Below the pieces are notes generated by a model. That model worked only from the letters and a program-made list of their open reading frames with translations, made no database searches and was not told the origin of the DNA. A program made the position numbers and the translations under genes. A stretch of 38,757 nt of DNA from Cryomorphaceae bacterium. Lineage in GTDB: Bacteria > Bacteroidota > Bacteroidia > Flavobacteriales_D > Crocinitomicaceae. Below are positions 36,366 to 38,757 of this stretch, in pieces; within the stretch, counting starts at the first letter, position 1, and the number at the start of each line of letters is the position of its first letter. The stretch is taken from positions 1-38,757 of the forward strand of contig JAIXRD010000258.1 in assembly GCA_027485365.1 (NCBI GenBank). The letters are read 5' to 3'.

Positions 36366-37357
36366 TGGTTAAAATAAGAACCATTGAACTGGGTGATTTT
36401 CCACTCCTTTTGGCGCCGATGGAAGATGTAAGCGACCCGCCGTTTCGCGCGTTGTGCAAGAAGCATGGTGCAGATATGATGTACACGGAATTTATTTCTT
36501 CGGAAGGACTTATTCGTGATGCGGTTAAAAGCGTCCAAAAAATGGACATTTTTGAATATGAACGACCAATTGGAGTTCAGATTTTTGGTTCTGATGAAGA
36601 GAGTATGGTACGTGCCGCACAAATCATTGAACAAGTTAAACCTGATTTAATTGACATCAATTATGGATGCCCGGTAAAGAAGGTTGCATGCAAAGGCGCC
36701 GGTGCTGGATTATTGCAAGATATTCCTAAAATGGTTCGCTTAACCAAGGCGGTTGTAAACGCAGTGAATGTTCCGGTTACCGTAAAAACACGGCTCGGTT
36801 GGGATGACTCCACTAAGAATATTGTTGAAACAGCAGAACGCCTTCAAGATATTGGGATTGAGGCCTTAACGATACACGGCAGAACAAGAAAGCAAATGTA
36901 TAAAGGGGAAGCCGATTGGACCTTGATTGGGGCTGTTAAAAATAATCAGCGAATGCGCATTCCGATTTTTGGAAATGGAGATATTGATTCACCAGAAAAA
37001 GCCTTGCAATATAAAAATATCTATGGCGTAGATGGGATTATGATTGGCAGAGCTTCCATTGGTTACCCGTGGATTTTTAATGAAATTAAAGCCTTTTTAG
37101 CCAACGGAGAACACCTGAATCCACCCACCTTCAAGGAACGGATGGAGGCCATCGAAGAACATTTGAATTTTAGTATTCAATGGAAAGGTGAAAAGGTAGG
37201 AATCGCTGAAATGAAAAGACATTATGGCAATTATTTTAAGGGAATTCCTCATTTTAAGTCCTATAAATCAGCCCTTGTTTTGGCGAATGAACTCGCAGAA
37301 GTTCAAGCTATTATGAATGAAATAAAAGATGAGTTTTTGACCGAAACCTTATATTAG
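36365..37357 (+). CDS. dusB: tRNA-dihydrouridine synthase
   Basis: 330 aa. LAPMEDVSDPPFR, DINYGCP and HGRTR motifs are present. The ATG overlaps the manC TAA stop by 1 nt. Confidence 0.93.
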   Translation: MVKIRTIELGDFPLLLAPMEDVSDPPFRALCKKHGADMMYTEFISSEGLIRDAVKSVQKMDIFEYERPIGVQIFGSDEESMVRAAQIIEQVKPDLIDINYGCPVKKVACKGAGAGLLQDIPKMVRLTKAVVNAVNVPVTVKTRLGWDDSTKNIVETAERLQDIGIEALTIHGRTRKQMYKGEADWTLIGAVKNNQRMRIPIFGNGDIDSPEKALQYKNIYGVDGIMIGRASIGYPWIFNEIKAFLANGEHLNPPTFKERMEAIEEHLNFSIQWKGEKVGIAEMKRHYGNYFKGIPHFKSYKSALVLANELAEVQAIMNEIKDEFLTETLY

Positions 37358-38715
37358 TTGGCTTTTTTCTTGCGATTTTTTGTACGCTGTAAATAGTTGA
37401 TCAAAGGTTTTACAGGGAAATCAATTTGAAGTTCAATACTTTTTCTTTTAATGTTACCCAGTATTAGGTTAACAGGCGTTCCTTCATATTCCCAAACGAT
37501 ATAATTTCCTGGGTTAGCTATTAACGTTGGAAAACGAGATGCTGAAGTAAAAATATAGAAGGAATTTTCATGTTTCATGGAGAGCAACGGGGAAAACAGA
37601 AAACGTAATTTTTGTTCTTCGCTTCGCAATAAGCCTTTTCCAAAAAGAGCATTAATAAAGTCTTTTCCATTAGCATTGGTATTAAATGCAGCGGTATATC
37701 CAGGTACTTGAATGCGTTCGTTTTTAATCACTTCCCTAACATTAAAGTTTTCATCAAATTCTGAGGTGATGATGCGTTGCGTTGAGTTTACCACTCCGCC
37801 TTCCCGAAACGACAAATCTCCGTCCCAATGATCAAAAAAAGTACGCGTAGGGAAACTGATTTTTTTACCCATTTCATGCAGTTTTCCTATCATTTTTTGT
37901 CCAGTTTTGCTTTCTTTTATGTTAGGTGAAATGTGCAATTCAATCGCTTTTGAATCTTGGTCCGTTTTGGGCAAGCCCAATGCCTTTGATTTTTTGATAA
38001 TTCCATGGGGAACTCGGGTATATAAGTAGCATTTGATATGAAGGCCGGTAGTATCGTTATCGTGAGCAAATAGACCATAATCAAATCCCCATGACTTTAT
38101 GCCTTCGCTCTCAGAATAGACTACTAGATTTTCTTTTCGAAATTCCTTCCTCTTTAAGAATCGTTTCCACACGGGCCGTACTTCACCCGATTTCACATGT
38201 TGCACTTCGTTTAGGCGCTTTGAAAACAAGTTCCCTGAGTATATAAAAAGATAGTTCTTTTCGTAAGCAATTTTTATATTGAACTCATGAAAATGAAAGA
38301 TTCGGACTTCGTCGGTAGATGAGTCGGTTAAGGCTGTGTTTTTTCTGAATCGGTCGATCCCATTAATCACCTTTGATGAATCATTGAGTTGTACCAAGGC
38401 ACCCCATTCATCGCGCGCTTCGTTAAAAAATAAATATGCTGCAGTTTGAATATTAATGCCGTGATGCTTTGCTTGACCTAACATAAATTCTGGAGAGGCA
38501 AATTCACGAATCGGTAACTTATACTTGAAAAGTATGGGATTGATTTCCTTGCTGAATTGAAGCGATTTAAGCCGCACTAAATAATCTGATTCGGGTAAGC
38601 GATCGATGAGCTGAGGAGTCGAATTAAATTGAAAGAAGTTACTTCGAGCAACTAGGATTCCACCTAAAATGGCAATAAGTACAATAAAGAAAACCCCTTT
38701 ATTTATTGACCTCAC
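37354..38715 (-). CDS. membrane-anchored hypothetical protein
   Basis: 453 aa. It appears to use a GTG start, has a single N-terminal TM helix (GVFFIVLIAILGGILVA) and a basic C-terminal tail (RTKNRKKKAN). No domain recognised. Confidence 0.6.
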   Translation of the reverse strand: MRSINKGVFFIVLIAILGGILVARSNFFQFNSTPQLIDRLPESDYLVRLKSLQFSKEINPILFKYKLPIREFASPEFMLGQAKHHGINIQTAAYLFFNEARDEWGALVQLNDSSKVINGIDRFRKNTALTDSSTDEVRIFHFHEFNIKIAYEKNYLFIYSGNLFSKRLNEVQHVKSGEVRPVWKRFLKRKEFRKENLVVYSESEGIKSWGFDYGLFAHDNDTTGLHIKCYLYTRVPHGIIKKSKALGLPKTDQDSKAIELHISPNIKESKTGQKMIGKLHEMGKKISFPTRTFFDHWDGDLSFREGGVVNSTQRIITSEFDENFNVREVIKNERIQVPGYTAAFNTNANGKDFINALFGKGLLRSEEQKLRFLFSPLLSMKHENSFYIFTSASRFPTLIANPGNYIVWEYEGTPVNLILGNIKRKSIELQIDFPVKPLINYLQRTKNRKKKAN

Positions 38716-38757
38716 TTTTACTTAGTTATCAAATACAAGGTATTCAACATGTCTAAC

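Noticed and set aside
1-38757. CRISPR arrays, IS elements/transposases, rRNA genes, toxin-antitoxin pairs or known defence genes
   Set aside because: I saw no regularly spaced short repeats, and no ORF with transposase, integrase, nuclease or Cas-like motifs. By-eye scanning could miss small or degenerate elements.
38749-38757. Possible plus-strand gene start (ATGTCTAAC) at the right edge
   Set aside because: Only three codons are visible, so it cannot be supported.

Overview
This window looks like a chromosomal segment of a Bacteroidota (Flavobacteriia-like) genome. The phylum call rests on a T9SS C-terminal sorting domain, a DUF5686 gene, the coaX / beta-barrel / lptC gene order, TAnnTTTG-type -7 promoter boxes, and no obvious Shine-Dalgarno sequences. 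I support about 40 CDS, 2 tRNAs (Phe-GAA, Leu-TAG), 6 intrinsic terminators and a few candidate promoter or operator sites. Most of the window (about 4.5-25 kb and 29.7-37.4 kb) is tightly packed housekeeping: Nif3 with its Zn-ribbon partner, YceI, an ABC-F ATPase, aroC, queG, ruvB, purD, purQ, a DksA-like regulator, lspA, lptC, coaX, exbBD, a peroxiredoxin divergent from oxyR, tig, mlaEF, manC and dusB. I found no transposase, integrase, CRISPR array, rRNA or recognisable defence or toxin gene, and I cannot point to a clear multi-gene novel system. The best candidates for a second look are: (1) the left end, where a very AT-rich orphan gene encodes a cytoplasmic TPR / coiled-coil / DUF1566 fusion, next to a three-gene cassette (lipoprotein, small beta-barrel, DinB) bracketed by two ~110-bp imperfect direct repeats; (2) a small secreted protein with a clan-CD (caspase/gingipain-like) His/Cys signature beside tRNA-Phe; (3) a 365-bp hairpin-rich non-coding stretch followed by an orphan 121-aa ORF whose last seven codons and stop codon form a perfect 12-bp terminator stem; (4) a T9SS cargo protein with a nidogen-like (NIDO) domain. 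All functional calls come from reading the translated ORFs by eye for motifs and architecture. No database search was run.
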